A stretch of 64,000 nt of DNA from Gammaproteobacteria bacterium (GCA_965227695.1 OZ245760.1:385861-449860); one strand, 5' to 3'. Counted from the first letter of the stretch, positions 29,915-43,993 are shown. A program made the numbers and translations. Notes: a model not told the origin generated them from the sequence alone.

Positions 29915-32738
29915 ATTTTCTATATTCTCCCTGTCCCTCGATGTTGTCTATGCAACGGGTGCATAACTCAGGGTGAGTGCTGTGAGTGCCAACATCGTCA
30001 CGAAGATGCCAGCATCGGACACACTTGTTATGTAACGCAGGATGAATTGTGACAGCAAGTTTTTCACCGTTGCTCAGCTCAACGTTCTCATAATCAGTAT
30101 TCTCCAACAATGGTTGCACCGTTGCTGATGAAGTAATCATGATAAAATGTAACTCGTCTTCTAACAGGGCCAGCGCCTGTTGCGTGTGTGCCTGGCAATG
30201 AACAGTTACTTCCGCTTCAAGGCCTGATCCAATCTCACCTTTTTCTCTTGCGGTTTCGAGAGCTTTCATAACCACATGTCTGACATCAAAGATGATATCC
30301 CAGGCTGCTTCATCAATATATTCATTATCATTCAAACTGAGCAGACCTTCATACCAGGTTTTGGTAAAGATAGTGGACTCGACATTATTGGGGATATGGG
30401 AATACGCTTCTTCAGCAGTAAAACTTAAAATAGGCGCTAATAAGCGCAATAGAGATTGAGTGATATGATAAGCGGCAGTTTGCGCCGATCGGCGTGCGAG
30501 ACTATCAGGTTGCATGGTGTATACGCGGTCCTTGATTATATCAAGGTATAAACTTCCAAGATCCAGACTGCAGAATTTATGGAGAGCCTGGTAAAGCTGG
30601 TGAAATTCGAAGCGGTCATAACATTTTATTGCGTATTCCTGTAGCTGTAACGTTCTGTGAAGTATCCAGCGATCAAGTGCAAGCAGTTGATCATTATCAA
30701 CGAGATCACAGTTTGGGTCGAATTCATTCAGGTTTGAAAGTAAATAACGAATAGTATTGCGCATTCTGCGATATGAATCCGCTGTTCGCTTGAGAATTTC
30801 ATCGGATACGTTCATTTCCCGACTGAAATCGCTTGATGCAGTCCATAGCCGTAATATGTCAGCGCCTAATGATTTAAATATTTTTTGTGGCGCCACCACA
30901 TTTCCCAGTGATTTGGACATCTTGCGCCCTTTTGCGTCTACCGTGAAGCCATGGGTCAGGACAGTTTTATATGGCGCACAATCATTAATGGCGACACTTG
31001 TCTTCAACGACGACTGAAACCACCCACGGTGCTGATCAGATCCTTCGAGGTATAAATCAGCAGGAAAATGGAGTGCTTTTCGCCTGTGAATCACTGATTC
31101 ATGTGTCACGCCTGAATCGAACCAGACATCCAGGGTGTCAGTGACTTTTGTGTATTGATTCGCTTCACTCCCCAACAGCTCAGTGGTATCCATATCAAAC
31201 CAGGCCTGTATGCCGGATTTTTCTATTTTTTGTGCAACCTGCTCGATTAATTCAATAGTTTGAGGGTGAATTTGTTGAGATTCTTTATGCACAAATAAGG
31301 TAATTGGGACACCCCATGTGCGTTGACGCGAAACGCACCAATCAGGACTGTTATTTAACATGCTGATAATTCTTGCCTTACCCCAGTCAGGTAACCATTC
31401 AACATTTTCAACTTCCTGTAACGAGCGCTGTAGCAAATTATTCTTGTCCATGCTGATGAACCATTGCGGCGTGGCTCTGAAAATCAGCGGTGTTTTCGTC
31501 CGCCAGCAGTGAGGAAAACTATGCGAGATTTTTTCCTGGTGGACCAGTTTGGAGCGCTGTATCAGTGTATCTATAACAGGTTGGTCGACTTTATGCACAT
31601 GCTGTTTGGCAAATATTTCGACGTCTTCCCGATACACGCCATAATCATCAACGATATTGAGTGTCCCAAGCTGATATTTTTTGCCGACCATGAAGTCATC
31701 CATACCATGATCCGGGGCAGTATGTACTGCACCTGTCCCTGCTTCTGTGGTTACATGTTCACCCAGAATCACAGGCACTTCTTTGTTGTAAAACGGATGG
31801 TCAAGCGCCATAAATTCCAGGTGCTTGCCAGTACATCTGCCAATTGTCGTGTAGTGTTCTAATCCATAACGCTGCATACACGATGCAACCAGCTCAGTTG
31901 CGAGAAGCAGATACTCATCATGGCCATTTAATTTTACTTCAATCAGTGAATAGTCCAGCTCGGGATGCAGGCTTACAGCCTGATTGGCTGGCAGTGTCCA
32001 GGGTGTTGTGGTCCAAATAACTGCATGGGCAGGGATTTCTTCTTTGGAAGCGGGAAAATATTTTTTTATTTCGGCACGGTTATGAATAGTAAATTTCACA
32101 TCGATGGCATAAGAGGTTTTATTCTTGTACTCAACCTCTGCTTCTGCCAAGGCAGATCCGCTTGCTACACTCCAGTATACCGGCTTAAACCCTTTCTCCA
32201 GATGTCCGTTTGAGATGATTTTACCCAGGGCACGTACAATATCCGCTTCAACCTGAAAGTCCATCGTCAGGTAAGGGTGTTGCCAGTCTGCAAATACCCC
32301 CAAACGCATAAAGTCACTGCGCTGGCGATCAACCTGCTGTTGGGCATAGTCGCGGCAAGCCAGGCGAAATGCCTGCTCAGAAATTTTATGACCGGGTTTG
32401 CCTTTTTTCTTTTCAACCATCACCTCAATCGGCAATCCATGACAGTCCCAGCCAGGAATAAATGGCACATCATATCCGCTGAAAGTTTTACTTTTTACGA
32501 TGATATCTTTGAGAATCTTGTTGACGGCATGGCCGATATGAATGTCTCCATTTGCATAGGGAGGGCCATCGTGTAGCGTATATTTCTTTTCCCTGTCAGC
32601 ACATTCGGTACGAATCAGATTGTAGATATCGGATTCCTGCCATTGCTTTAGGATTTCCGGCTCACGCTGGGCTAGATTTCCCTTCATCGGGAAAGTTGTG
32701 TTTGGCAGATTGAGAGTGCTTTTATAATTTTGTGTCAC
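29907..32738 (-). CDS. ileS: isoleucine--tRNA ligase
   Basis: 943 aa. Contains the HIGH-type motif ([12 protein letters not shown]), KMSKS, and a C-terminal Zn-finger cysteine pair (CVRCWH...CTRC). Confidence 0.98.
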   Translation of the reverse strand: MTQNYKSTLNLPNTTFPMKGNLAQREPEILKQWQESDIYNLIRTECADREKKYTLHDGPPYANGDIHIGHAVNKILKDIIVKSKTFSGYDVPFIPGWDCHGLPIEVMVEKKKGKPGHKISEQAFRLACRDYAQQQVDRQRSDFMRLGVFADWQHPYLTMDFQVEADIVRALGKIISNGHLEKGFKPVYWSVASGSALAEAEVEYKNKTSYAIDVKFTIHNRAEIKKYFPASKEEIPAHAVIWTTTPWTLPANQAVSLHPELDYSLIEVKLNGHDEYLLLATELVASCMQRYGLEHYTTIGRCTGKHLEFMALDHPFYNKEVPVILGEHVTTEAGTGAVHTAPDHGMDDFMVGKKYQLGTLNIVDDYGVYREDVEIFAKQHVHKVDQPVIDTLIQRSKLVHQEKISHSFPHCWRTKTPLIFRATPQWFISMDKNNLLQRSLQEVENVEWLPDWGKARIISMLNNSPDWCVSRQRTWGVPITLFVHKESQQIHPQTIELIEQVAQKIEKSGIQAWFDMDTTELLGSEANQYTKVTDTLDVWFDSGVTHESVIHRRKALHFPADLYLEGSDQHRGWFQSSLKTSVAINDCAPYKTVLTHGFTVDAKGRKMSKSLGNVVAPQKIFKSLGADILRLWTASSDFSREMNVSDEILKRTADSYRRMRNTIRYLLSNLNEFDPNCDLVDNDQLLALDRWILHRTLQLQEYAIKCYDRFEFHQLYQALHKFCSLDLGSLYLDIIKDRVYTMQPDSLARRSAQTAAYHITQSLLRLLAPILSFTAEEAYSHIPNNVESTIFTKTWYEGLLSLNDNEYIDEAAWDIIFDVRHVVMKALETAREKGEIGSGLEAEVTVHCQAHTQQALALLEDELHFIMITSSATVQPLLENTDYENVELSNGEKLAVTIHPALHNKCVRCWHLRDDVGTHSTHPELCTRCIDNIEGQGEYRKYA

Positions 32739-33675
32739 TGCGGATTACATCCTTATTAGTAAAATATTTTTTAGCATTATTGACATCAATAGTTATTTGC
32801 CGCTTTAGTTGTTCAAAAGACGGGAATTTTATTTCATCTCGCAACTTGCTGTGAAACTCGACTTCCAGTCGTTCTCCATATAAATCACTCTGGCAGTCAA
32901 ACAAATGTGCCTCCAGTTGTAATCTTGAACCATTGACGGTGGGTCTTGTGCCAATGTTCGCAACACCCAGCCAGGCTTCACGAGCTGTTTTTGCAGTTAC
33001 AGCAAACACGCCATGAACCGGAGATTTATGCTGTTTTATTAGAATATTTGCCGTTGGGAAGCCGATTGTGCGGCCCTTTTTATCACCGTGGAAAACGCGG
33101 CCGGAAATAGTGAACGGTCGACCCATTAGAGTGGCTGCGTGCTGAAAATCTCCTTCTTTTAGTTTACGCCTGATCAGTGTACTGCTGATACGGTGGTGGT
33201 TATCAACTATCGTGCTCTGGTCGCGAACCTGAAATCCCAGTGTTTCCCCCATTTTGTGTAATAGATTAATGTCCCCACTGCGACGATGGCCAAACCTGAA
33301 ATCATCACCCACAACCAGCGCTTTTATCCGTAGGGAATCGTGCAAGATCTGTTTTACAAAGTCTACCGCAGGCAAAGTAGAGAGAGAATGCTTGAAGTTC
33401 AGGCAAACGAAATATTCAAAACCAAATTCACACGCTAACTCAAGTTTTTTACGCATAGTGTATATCCGTGCAGGTGCATTATTACCAGTAAAAAATTCTT
33501 TAGGCGTAGGCTCAAAGCTAATTAATATGGGGCTGGCATTAAACTCCCTGGACTGCTGAATAACAAACTTGCAAACTTCCTGGTGACCCAGGTGGAAACC
33601 ATCAAAATTACCTATAGTGGCAACGGTAGGCCGATCAATACAGGCGAGTCTGTGGCTTCCTCGTAATAAGATCAT
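32722..33675 (-). CDS. ribF: bifunctional riboflavin kinase / FAD synthetase
   Basis: Contains [25 protein letters not shown] and the C-terminal kinase block ([16 protein letters not shown]). Confidence 0.95.
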   Translation of the reverse strand: MILLRGSHRLACIDRPTVATIGNFDGFHLGHQEVCKFVIQQSREFNASPILISFEPTPKEFFTGNNAPARIYTMRKKLELACEFGFEYFVCLNFKHSLSTLPAVDFVKQILHDSLRIKALVVGDDFRFGHRRSGDINLLHKMGETLGFQVRDQSTIVDNHHRISSTLIRRKLKEGDFQHAATLMGRPFTISGRVFHGDKKGRTIGFPTANILIKQHKSPVHGVFAVTAKTAREAWLGVANIGTRPTVNGSRLQLEAHLFDCQSDLYGERLEVEFHSKLRDEIKFPSFEQLKRQITIDVNNAKKYFTNKDVIRSDTKL

Positions 33676-33686
33676 AGTAATAGAAA

Positions 33687-35243
33687 TTAGCGGGGTTTAA
33701 GTCGAAATTGTCTGGGGCGCATGCCAAGTAAAAACAACAACATAACGTATATCACTATCCCTAATATAATCAGGCTAAAAAGTACCCCAAAGCGGGTCGG
33801 GCTGGGCCAGCTGGCCCATATATATGGTTCCGGGTTGACCTGCCAGAGTACCAGGTACATGACCACCGAACTTGCAATAATTTTCATTGCCATCATGGCA
33901 CGGCCCGGACTTGAATGTATCACAGCTGCTTTTTTTAACAGAAAGTATAATAGGCTTGCATTGACATAGGCTGATAACGAAGTTGCCAGAGCCAGGCCAG
34001 CATGGGCGCCGGGAATTTCTAGGCTAAACCAGAGCCAGATGAAAACCAGGTTGAAAAAGATATTGGCGACCATGGCCACAACGCCTATTTTAACAGGCGT
34101 CTTTGTGTCCTGTCGTGAATAAAAGCCGGGTGCCAGCACTTTAATAAATATAAAGGCAGGCAGTCCTGTTGCGTAGGCAACGAGGCTCATGGTGGCCATT
34201 TGCGTATCAGTCGCACTAAATTCACGGTATTGTACAAGTGTGGATAATATTGGGCTGGCAAGTGCCACCAGCCCCAGCATGGCCGGGATGGCGATTAATA
34301 AAGAAATCCTCAATGCCCACTGAATAGTGTCATCAAATTGTTGATGCTGTCTGGCGACATGCTGCTTCGATAGCATGGGCAGTATCACCGTCGCGGTTGC
34401 AATGCCAAACAGGGCCAGAGGCAGTTCAACAAATCGGTCTGAAATATATAACCAGCTGATGCTGCCGACGACTAAAAAGGAGGCAATCATCGTATCGATC
34501 AGCAGGTTTATTTGTACTATTGATGTGCCAAAGATCGCGGGCAACATAAGTTTTAGAATTCTGTCAACTCCGTGTTTTGCACCGGATAACTTCGGTACTG
34601 GCAATGAATGCTCACGTAACAGGAAAGGTATCTGGAACACAAGCTGGCTGATGCCGGCGAAGAACACCCCCCATGCCAGAGCGGTGATCGGATTGCTCAT
34701 CAATGGCGAAAGCCAGATAGCCGCCCCGATTAGTGATACATTCAGTAATACAGGTGTCAGGGCTGGTACAGCAAATTTTTGCCGGATATTGAGTATGCTG
34801 CCAGAAAGTGCTGTTAAGGAAATAAAGAGTAGGTAGGGAAAAGTGATCTTTAGCATATCACTGGCAAGTAATATCTGTTCAGGGTCGTCAAATCCTGGCG
34901 CGAATATCATGATCAGCCAGGGTGAACATAAGATCCCGACTGCGGTCACGATAAACAAGATAATTGATAGCAAGCCGGCCACATGGTTAATCAGACGCCT
35001 GAATTGATTTTCACTCTCATGTAAATGCGCAGACATCACAGGGACAAATGCCTGGGAGAAAGCCCCTTCGGCAAAAAGACGACGCAGGAAATTGGGGATC
35101 CGAAAGGCCACAAAAAATGCATCGGTGCCAGCATTCGCACCAAAAACGATAAATATGATGGCATCACGGGCATAACCGAAAAATCGTGAAATCAGGGTTG
35201 CGCCACCCACCGTCAGGGTGGATTTAAGAGGTTTCTTGCTCAC
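33687..35243 (-). CDS. murJ: lipid II flippase MurJ (MviN)
   Basis: 518 aa, polytopic. Contains GGATLISRFFGYARD, FFVAFRIPNFLRRLFAEGAFSQAFVP, and a GTG start. Confidence 0.93.
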   Translation of the reverse strand: MSKKPLKSTLTVGGATLISRFFGYARDAIIFIVFGANAGTDAFFVAFRIPNFLRRLFAEGAFSQAFVPVMSAHLHESENQFRRLINHVAGLLSIILFIVTAVGILCSPWLIMIFAPGFDDPEQILLASDMLKITFPYLLFISLTALSGSILNIRQKFAVPALTPVLLNVSLIGAAIWLSPLMSNPITALAWGVFFAGISQLVFQIPFLLREHSLPVPKLSGAKHGVDRILKLMLPAIFGTSIVQINLLIDTMIASFLVVGSISWLYISDRFVELPLALFGIATATVILPMLSKQHVARQHQQFDDTIQWALRISLLIAIPAMLGLVALASPILSTLVQYREFSATDTQMATMSLVAYATGLPAFIFIKVLAPGFYSRQDTKTPVKIGVVAMVANIFFNLVFIWLWFSLEIPGAHAGLALATSLSAYVNASLLYFLLKKAAVIHSSPGRAMMAMKIIASSVVMYLVLWQVNPEPYIWASWPSPTRFGVLFSLIILGIVIYVMLLFLLGMRPRQFRLKPR

Positions 35244-35402
35244 TTAAAGATATTTATCTGATTTTTAAAGAAAAACTCTACCTCATTAACTAATGATTTG
35301 CACCAGTCTGAGGGATTGTACAGATAACTGCTGCAAATTCTGGTCGTCCGTCTGGCGATGACAACAAGGGTGATGGTAATGTTGATTTATACGCCTGGCT
35401 TA

Positions 35403-35431
35403 TTGACATTTTCAAGTGAAAAACGCATAGT
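35403..35431 (+). promoter_or_regulatory. candidate sigma70 promoter of rpsT
   Basis: TTGACA, a 17-nt spacer, then CATAGT, ~45 bp upstream of the rpsT start. Confidence 0.4.
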
Positions 35432-35474
35432 TCGACGCCCGAAGACAACAGCCTGATACAAAAGAGGATAAATT

Positions 35475-35735
35475 TTGGCGAATATAGCTTCCGCTCGTAA
35501 AAGAGCCCGTACTGCAGAAAAATCCAGACAACACAACGTTGCCATGAGATCCCGGTTGCGCACATATATCAAAAATGTTGTGAAAGCCATTGAGACGGGA
35601 AACAAAGATGAGGCGATGAAGCTATACCAGGATTCTGTCTCAGTCATTGACACCTCCGCGCGAAAAGGCATTATTCATAATAACAAGGCAGCTCGCCATA
35701 AACAGCGTCTTAACGCCCGAATACGCGCAATGTAA
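35475..35735 (+). CDS. rpsT: 30S ribosomal protein S20
   Basis: MANIASARKRARTAEKSRQHN.... The start codon is TTG, as I recall for E. coli rpsT. Confidence 0.95.
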   Translation: MANIASARKRARTAEKSRQHNVAMRSRLRTYIKNVVKAIETGNKDEAMKLYQDSVSVIDTSARKGIIHNNKAARHKQRLNARIRAM

Positions 35736-35794
35736 ATCACACAGGCCTGGATATCACTGTTCCAGCCCAATAGTGCAGGGGGAGACAGACCAGG

Positions 35795-38016
<2,222 letters not shown>

Positions 38017-38039
38017 TTAACCTGAATGACAGCATTTTG

Positions 38040-38297
38040 TTATGCATTGACTACGCTGACATATTTCCTGTTCCTGGGGCCCTTGACTTCAAATTTAACA
38101 ACACCGGGTGTCTTGGCAAAAATGGTGTAATCCTTGCCCAGACCGACACCCTGACCCGGGTGAAACTTGGTACCACGCTGGCGCAGAATTATATTACCCG
38201 CAGCGACTTGTTGACCACCAAAACATTTTACTCCAAGTCGTTTGGATTCCGAGTCACGTCCGTTTCTGGTGCTTCCGCCTGCTTTTTTATGAGCCAT
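38040..38297 (-). CDS. rpmA: 50S ribosomal protein L27
   Basis: [24 protein letters not shown].... Confidence 0.98.
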   Translation of the reverse strand: MAHKKAGGSTRNGRDSESKRLGVKCFGGQQVAAGNIILRQRGTKFHPGQGVGLGKDYTIFAKTPGVVKFEVKGPRNRKYVSVVNA

Positions 38298-38313
38298 TGC
38301 TAAATTTCCGTGT

Positions 38314-38625
38314 TTACTGACTGATTTTTTTGATAACGATCTCAGTATATGACTGACGATGTCCCATTTGTTTACGGTGGTGCTTGCGTCGTTTGAATTT
38401 TACAATTTCAATCTTTTTCGCACGCCCGTGTCCCCGTACCTCGGCGCTGACTTTGCCGCCTTTTACGTAGGGGGTGCCAATACTGATGTCATCTCCGTTA
38501 CCCAGCATGAGAACCTGGTCGAAATCGACCTGTTGTCCTTCTTCGGCGTTTAGCTTTTCGACGCGCAGGACTTCTCCTGGTTCGACCCTGTATTGTTTTC
38601 CGCCCGTGGCGATGACTGCGTACAT
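38314..38625 (-). CDS. rplU: 50S ribosomal protein L21
   Basis: [25 protein letters not shown].... Confidence 0.98.
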   Translation of the reverse strand: MYAVIATGGKQYRVEPGEVLRVEKLNAEEGQQVDFDQVLMLGNGDDISIGTPYVKGGKVSAEVRGHGRAKKIEIVKFKRRKHHRKQMGHRQSYTEIVIKKISQ

Positions 38626-38668
38626 ATTCGGTGTTTATTTCATGTATCTTTATGAAAAAGAGCGCGGC

Positions 38669-38697
38669 ATTCTAACGACTAAGATAGTGCAGGTCAA
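38669..38697 (-). promoter_or_regulatory. candidate sigma70 promoter of rplU-rpmA
   Basis: The minus strand reads TTGACC, a 17-nt spacer, then TAGAAT. The -10 element lies ~45 bp upstream of the rplU ATG. Confidence 0.55.
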
Positions 38698-38857
38698 TTA
38701 CCTTGCTTCGCGTCTGATGACCGTTCATTATTACACAATATTGACCATCATTTTCACATATTTACTCGCAGGTCCGGGCGACAGGATCTGTTTTGATGGC
38801 ATTTTGCGCAAAATAGGCGTGAACATTTCATTTTTCTGGCAAAACTTCTAATAAAAC

Positions 38858-39826
38858 ATGCAACTTGATGAAATACAGGCCCTCGTGGCCAAGGATATGG
38901 ACGGCGTGAATGCGTGTATTCGGGCACAACTGCATTCTGAGGTTGTGCTGATTGAGCAAATGGGGGAATACATTATCAACAGTGGGGGCAAACGCCTGCG
39001 CCCCGTCATTGCAGTGCTGTCTGCACAAGCATGCGATTACCGTGGTGAAAAGCATTACCTTGCGGCGGCGGTGATTGAGTTCATCCATACAGCCACCCTC
39101 CTTCATGATGACGTGGTAGATGCATCTGAATTGCGTCGTGGCAAGGAAACTGCCAATTCAATCTGGGGAAATGAAGCAAGTGTTCTGGTGGGTGATTTCA
39201 TTTTTTCCAGAGCTTTCGAAATGATGGTGCATATCGGCGATATGCGTGTCATGGAAATTTTGTCTGGAACCTCCAATAAAATTGCGGAAGGGGAAGTGCT
39301 GCAATTGCTAAACTGCAATGATCCGGAGACCACCGAGCAGCAATATATGCAGGTTATACAATGCAAAACAGCGAAATTATTCAGCTCGGCAGCACAAATC
39401 GGTGCGGTGCTGGCGAATCGGCCTGGGCATGAGGAGAAGGCGCTCGAGGCATATGGGATGCATCTTGGAACTGCCTTCCAGATCATTGATGATGTGTTGG
39501 ACTATCGCGCAGAAAGCTCGGCTATGGGAAAAAATGCGGGTGATGACCTGGCCGAAGGCAAGCCCACCCTGCCTTTGATCTATGCATTGACCCATGGAAG
39601 CGCGAGTCATAAGAAGCATTTGAGTGAAATCATCAGAGTAGGTGATCGGGATAAGCTCGGTCAGGTCCTGGAAATCATCCACGATACCAGGGCATTGGAG
39701 TACACTGAGAATGTGGCTCATCAACAGGTAGACCTGGCCAAGAACGCGATTACCTGTCTGCCCGATTCTGACTATAAAACAGCCATGCTCAGTCTGGCAG
39801 ATTTTTCAATTGCAAGAGCCTACTAG
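38858..39826 (+). CDS. ispB: octaprenyl (all-trans polyprenyl) diphosphate synthase
   Basis: First DDxxD motif is LLHDDVVD and the second is FQIIDDVLD. It is divergent from rplU, as in E. coli and Pseudomonas. Confidence 0.93.
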   Translation: MQLDEIQALVAKDMDGVNACIRAQLHSEVVLIEQMGEYIINSGGKRLRPVIAVLSAQACDYRGEKHYLAAAVIEFIHTATLLHDDVVDASELRRGKETANSIWGNEASVLVGDFIFSRAFEMMVHIGDMRVMEILSGTSNKIAEGEVLQLLNCNDPETTEQQYMQVIQCKTAKLFSSAAQIGAVLANRPGHEEKALEAYGMHLGTAFQIIDDVLDYRAESSAMGKNAGDDLAEGKPTLPLIYALTHGSASHKKHLSEIIRVGDRDKLGQVLEIIHDTRALEYTENVAHQQVDLAKNAITCLPDSDYKTAMLSLADFSIARAY

Positions 39827-39863
39827 TCAGAAAATTCTTTTGCCACAAAAGAGTGAACAATTC

Positions 39864-41240
39864 ATGAGTATCAAGCTATACAACACGTTGACAAAGCAGA
39901 AACAGGTATTTGAACCATTGAGTCCTGATTGTGTGACCATGTATGTATGTGGTCCGACAGTATATAGTTATGCCCATATCGGAAATGCACGGCCCGCAGT
40001 CGTGTTTGATGTGCTGGTGAAGTTATTGCGTAAATATTATCCACGCGTCATCTATGCCCGCAACCTGACCGACGTAGACGACAAGATCAATGCCGCAGCC
40101 CGTGACCAAGGTGTGGAAATCGACGCCATCACCAGGAAATTCACCGATATTTATCATCAGGACATGGCATCATTGGGCGTAGACCTGCCAGACATTGAGC
40201 CGCGTGCCACTGACCATATCGATCAGATTATTTCTATGATTGAACGGTTAATCAGCCGCGGTTTTGCCTATGAAGCGGAACAGCATGTCCTCTTTAGTGT
40301 TTCAACCTATAGCAAATACGGTGAGCTTTCCGGGCGCAACAGAGATGACATGATCGCTGGTGCACGGGTTGAAGTGGCACCCTATAAAAAAGATCCGGCA
40401 GATTTTGTGTTATGGAAGCCATCCTCCGCCGGGCAGCCGTCATGGGACAGTCCATGGGGCCCCGGGCGCCCCGGCTGGCATATAGAGTGTTCGGCAATGA
40501 TCGAAAAGCATCTGGGGCGAACAATAGATATTCATGGGGGTGGCCAGGATTTAGTATTTCCACATCATGAAAATGAAATTGCACAAAGCACCTGTGCCCA
40601 TGATCACGAAGTATTCTGTCGTTACTGGCTACATAACGGGTTTGTCAATGTAAATTTTGAAAAAATGTCCAAGTCTGTGGGTAATGTGTTGCTGGTGCAT
40701 GACTTACTGCAAACTGCCCCCGGGGAAGCTATCCGATATGCGTTACTTAGTACTCATTACCGTAGTCCCCTTGACTGGACTGATGAACTGCTGGTTTCAT
40801 CCAAAAAAAGTCTGGACCGGCTGTATGGCACCCTGGAAGAACTGGATGATGTGGAAGCGCACAAACCATGTGAACAGGACACTCAAAAGTTTTATGCGGC
40901 ATTACAGGAAGATCTGAATACACCGCTGGCATTAAGTGAGCTGCATGCATTGGCCAAGCAGGCGAATAACACACAGGATAAAAAACGCCAGTCCGAGATA
41001 AAGGGCGCACTGCTGGAGTGTGCGAGGATCATCGGCATTCTCCAGCAGGATACCAAAAGCTGGTTTGGTGCTGGAGATAGTCAGTTGAATGTAAACCGCA
41101 TTGATGAGTTAATCAGGCAAAGAAATGTCGCCAGATCAGTTAAAGATTTCGACGCCGCGGACAGAATACGTGATCAGCTCACGGAACTTGGTGTTGAGAT
41201 ACTGGATCGCCCCGAAGGCACTACCTGGAGAAAAATCTAG
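39864..41240 (+). CDS. cysS: cysteine--tRNA ligase
   Basis: MSIKLYNTLTKQKQVFEP, CGPTVYSYAHIGNAR (HIGH-type), KMSKS, and the Zn ligands HIEC/HHENE. The tracked ORF (39810) overlaps ispB, so the internal Met19 was chosen. Confidence 0.95.
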   Translation: MSIKLYNTLTKQKQVFEPLSPDCVTMYVCGPTVYSYAHIGNARPAVVFDVLVKLLRKYYPRVIYARNLTDVDDKINAAARDQGVEIDAITRKFTDIYHQDMASLGVDLPDIEPRATDHIDQIISMIERLISRGFAYEAEQHVLFSVSTYSKYGELSGRNRDDMIAGARVEVAPYKKDPADFVLWKPSSAGQPSWDSPWGPGRPGWHIECSAMIEKHLGRTIDIHGGGQDLVFPHHENEIAQSTCAHDHEVFCRYWLHNGFVNVNFEKMSKSVGNVLLVHDLLQTAPGEAIRYALLSTHYRSPLDWTDELLVSSKKSLDRLYGTLEELDDVEAHKPCEQDTQKFYAALQEDLNTPLALSELHALAKQANNTQDKKRQSEIKGALLECARIIGILQQDTKSWFGAGDSQLNVNRIDELIRQRNVARSVKDFDAADRIRDQLTELGVEILDRPEGTTWRKI

Positions 41241-41377
41241 ATAATTCATGCAAATATGCAGGCATTACTGTTCAATAGATAAATGAAACCAACGGTCAAA
41301 TCGCCGATATCTGTCCGTTTTACAGCCTGTATTTGTTCACCGTAAAATGAGCCAAGACAAACCTCCAGTCTTCAACT

Positions 41378-43072
41378 ATGTACCTAGAGTATTTTGGATT
41401 AATTGAAAAGCCGTTTCAGATTACCCCTGATCCACGCTTTCTCTATTTGAGTCGTCGCCATCGCGACGGCTTTGCACATTTACTTTATGGTGCAGATGAA
41501 GCGGGAGGCTTTGTTTTATTAACAGGTGAAGTCGGGACCGGCAAAACAACATTATGCCGAAGCGCACTGGAAAGTATCACCGATAATGTGCGCATCGCGC
41601 TGATCCTGAACCCAAAGCAGACACCTTTAGAGTTGATAGCGTCTATTTGTGATGAATTGCAGATCAGCTACCCAAAGCAGGTCACAAGTATTAAAGCATT
41701 AATCGATCGGTTGAATCTGTATTTATTGAAAGCTTACGGGCAGGGACAACGTATCGTGGTTGTCATTGATGAGGCCCAGAACCTGACCTCGGAAGTGCTT
41801 GAACAGGTACGCTTGCTGACCAATCTTGAGGTTTCTACGCAAAAGCTGTTGCAGATTATATTAATCGGTCAGCCAGAGCTGCAGACCATGCTTAATTTGC
41901 CTGAATTACGACAACTGTCACAACGTATTACCGCGCGCTTTCATTTAACACCGCTTACAAAAGAAGAAACCGGTGAATACATTGTTCATCGCTTGAAAAT
42001 CGCAGGTGTCACAAGAGAAATATTCACAAAATCCGCTGTAAAAGAGATATATAAATATTCTGGTGGAATCCCCCGGTTAATTAATACTTTGTGTGAGCGG
42101 TCATTAATTGGTGCCTACGGTGCAAATCTGCCGCTCGTTAAAAAAGATATTGTCCAAAATGCTGCCGCGGAAGTACTGGGAAAGAAAGCACGCCCAAAAA
42201 TGTCTGCTGCTTTCGGTTGGCCGGTAATTATCACGGTGGTGGCAGCGTCAATTATATTGACACTTGGGATATGGGGGACCGTGCTTAATCAGAAAGCACC
42301 CGTGACCGAAGCACAGGCCAACATTGCCCGGGAGCCATCGTCCGCCACCGGTTCAGGACAGCATGACCTCGGCCAAGGTAAGTCAGAGGCATTCGTTCGT
42401 CCTGCATCAGGACAGGTGCAATCGAAAGCCAATTTGCCGATTGCGCAAAAGCTTGACACGTATGTCGGTGAAGCCAACACTTTTTCTGCTTTTACCAATC
42501 TGTTTGCATTATGGGACCGGGATTATTCCGCTTACAGTGGTGATACTGCCTGTTCGCGGGCAATAAAGGCCGGGATGCGCTGTATATTTGGCCAGGGAAA
42601 AATTGACGATATCCTTAAATACAACCGTCCAGCTGTGATTGAATTAAAAAGTAACACACAGCAGATATTATTTGCTGTTATACACAAGGCCGATGAAAGC
42701 AAAGCTTATTTAAAAGTAGTGGATAAAGACATGGTGGTGTCATACGAAGAGTTGGAGCAAACCTGGTCAGGCAGTTATATTGTGCTGTGGAAACCTCCGT
42801 TTCCACAAAACGAGTCGCTGGCACAGGGCTATGTAGGGCCTGACGTACTATGGCTACGCCATAAGCTGGATACAATTGAGGGTAAAAAATTGGCAGAGTA
42901 TTCCGAGGACAATTTAAAGTTCAACGCGTCACTGGTGGCGCGGGTAAAGCAGTTTCAGTCGAATCGAGGACTACAGTCAGATGGAGTAGTCGGCAGAGAA
43001 ACTTTTATTGAGCTGGTCAACGTCACTGACTCCACTACTGTGCCGAAATTGTTTACAGACATAAGAGGATAG
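41378..43072 (+). CDS. gspA: ExeA/GspA-family AAA ATPase with C-terminal peptidoglycan-binding domain
   Basis: Contains YFGLIEKPFQITPDPRFLY, Walker A GEVGTGKTT, Walker B VVVIDEAQ, a central TM segment, and a PG_binding_1-like C-terminus (VKQFQSNRGLQSDGVVGRETF). Confidence 0.85.
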   Translation: MYLEYFGLIEKPFQITPDPRFLYLSRRHRDGFAHLLYGADEAGGFVLLTGEVGTGKTTLCRSALESITDNVRIALILNPKQTPLELIASICDELQISYPKQVTSIKALIDRLNLYLLKAYGQGQRIVVVIDEAQNLTSEVLEQVRLLTNLEVSTQKLLQIILIGQPELQTMLNLPELRQLSQRITARFHLTPLTKEETGEYIVHRLKIAGVTREIFTKSAVKEIYKYSGGIPRLINTLCERSLIGAYGANLPLVKKDIVQNAAAEVLGKKARPKMSAAFGWPVIITVVAASIILTLGIWGTVLNQKAPVTEAQANIAREPSSATGSGQHDLGQGKSEAFVRPASGQVQSKANLPIAQKLDTYVGEANTFSAFTNLFALWDRDYSAYSGDTACSRAIKAGMRCIFGQGKIDDILKYNRPAVIELKSNTQQILFAVIHKADESKAYLKVVDKDMVVSYEELEQTWSGSYIVLWKPPFPQNESLAQGYVGPDVLWLRHKLDTIEGKKLAEYSEDNLKFNASLVARVKQFQSNRGLQSDGVVGRETFIELVNVTDSTTVPKLFTDIRG

Positions 43073-43077
43073 TTGCT

Positions 43078-43935
43078 ATGTCAATGATTCTGGATGCACT
43101 GTCCCGTGCCGAAAAAGAAAGGCAGGCAGAGAGTCGTGCTGATCCGGACATGACGCGATATGTGACACAGTCACATGTCAAAGATGAGCGTCTTAAAAAA
43201 TGGGTGTTAATTGTATTAGTCGCCAATCTGGTTCTGCTGATAGTGCTTTTGACTGCTTATGTGTTTAATAATTATCTGGCTACAACCCGGCCTGGTGAAT
43301 CCATTATGCGTGATAAAAATGGTTCACAGCCTGTGGCTGGCAATGCCGCCAATATCCACCATCCACCATCCGTGTTGCAAGCCGGAACCGCTTTATCAAC
43401 GACTGAAAAAACTTCGCGGGAGAAAGGGATAGACAGTTCTCAACGGTCCGTTCAGTCGGCATCTATGGCTTCTCTGGAGCGGGAAGCCCAAATAAACACT
43501 GATAAATCCGGCAAACGTGAGCAGCAGGGAAAAACTGCAGTGCCCGTGAAAAATACTCCGAGTGTCAGCAAAATTCCGCCAGTTCGATACTCAGATAAAC
43601 CTTTAACCGAGTCGACCGGTGTGACAGGAAAATCAAATACTCAGCCAACAGTGGCGAGTATTGCAAAGGCCATAAAACAAGAAAAGCAAATCACGGCACG
43701 CGATTATGCAGCGTTGAATGATCTGCCTGTATCACAGCGCTCCTTGCTGGATCAGTATGAAATAAATGTGCATGTGTATGACTCCAACCCGGCCAGCCGC
43801 TTTGTACTGATTAACATGGTGAAATATAAAGAGGGCGATAGAATTAGTGAAGGTGAGGCAGTTGTTGATTCCATCGTTCCGGAAGGGGTGGTTGTAAACA
43901 TCGGGTCACAGCGCGTCTTGATGCATCGTAACTAA
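43078..43935 (+). CDS. gspB: GspB/ExeB-like type II secretion accessory protein
   Basis: MSMILDALSRAEKERQ N-terminus, one TM helix, a low-complexity linker, and a C-terminal GspB-like domain (INVHVYDSNPASRFVLINMVKYKEGDRI). It lies 5 nt downstream of gspA. Confidence 0.7.
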   Translation: MSMILDALSRAEKERQAESRADPDMTRYVTQSHVKDERLKKWVLIVLVANLVLLIVLLTAYVFNNYLATTRPGESIMRDKNGSQPVAGNAANIHHPPSVLQAGTALSTTEKTSREKGIDSSQRSVQSASMASLEREAQINTDKSGKREQQGKTAVPVKNTPSVSKIPPVRYSDKPLTESTGVTGKSNTQPTVASIAKAIKQEKQITARDYAALNDLPVSQRSLLDQYEINVHVYDSNPASRFVLINMVKYKEGDRISEGEAVVDSIVPEGVVVNIGSQRVLMHRN

Positions 43936-43993
43936 TACTTTAAAAATCGATTTATAAACAGGGAAGTGTCAATGCTTAATATGGAGGTGCGCG

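Noticed and set aside
31464-34836. Plus-strand ORFs of 132 aa (31464-31862), 101 aa (33254-33559) and 153 aa (34375-34836)
   Set aside because: They are antisense to ileS, ribF and murJ respectively. All three host genes are strongly supported.
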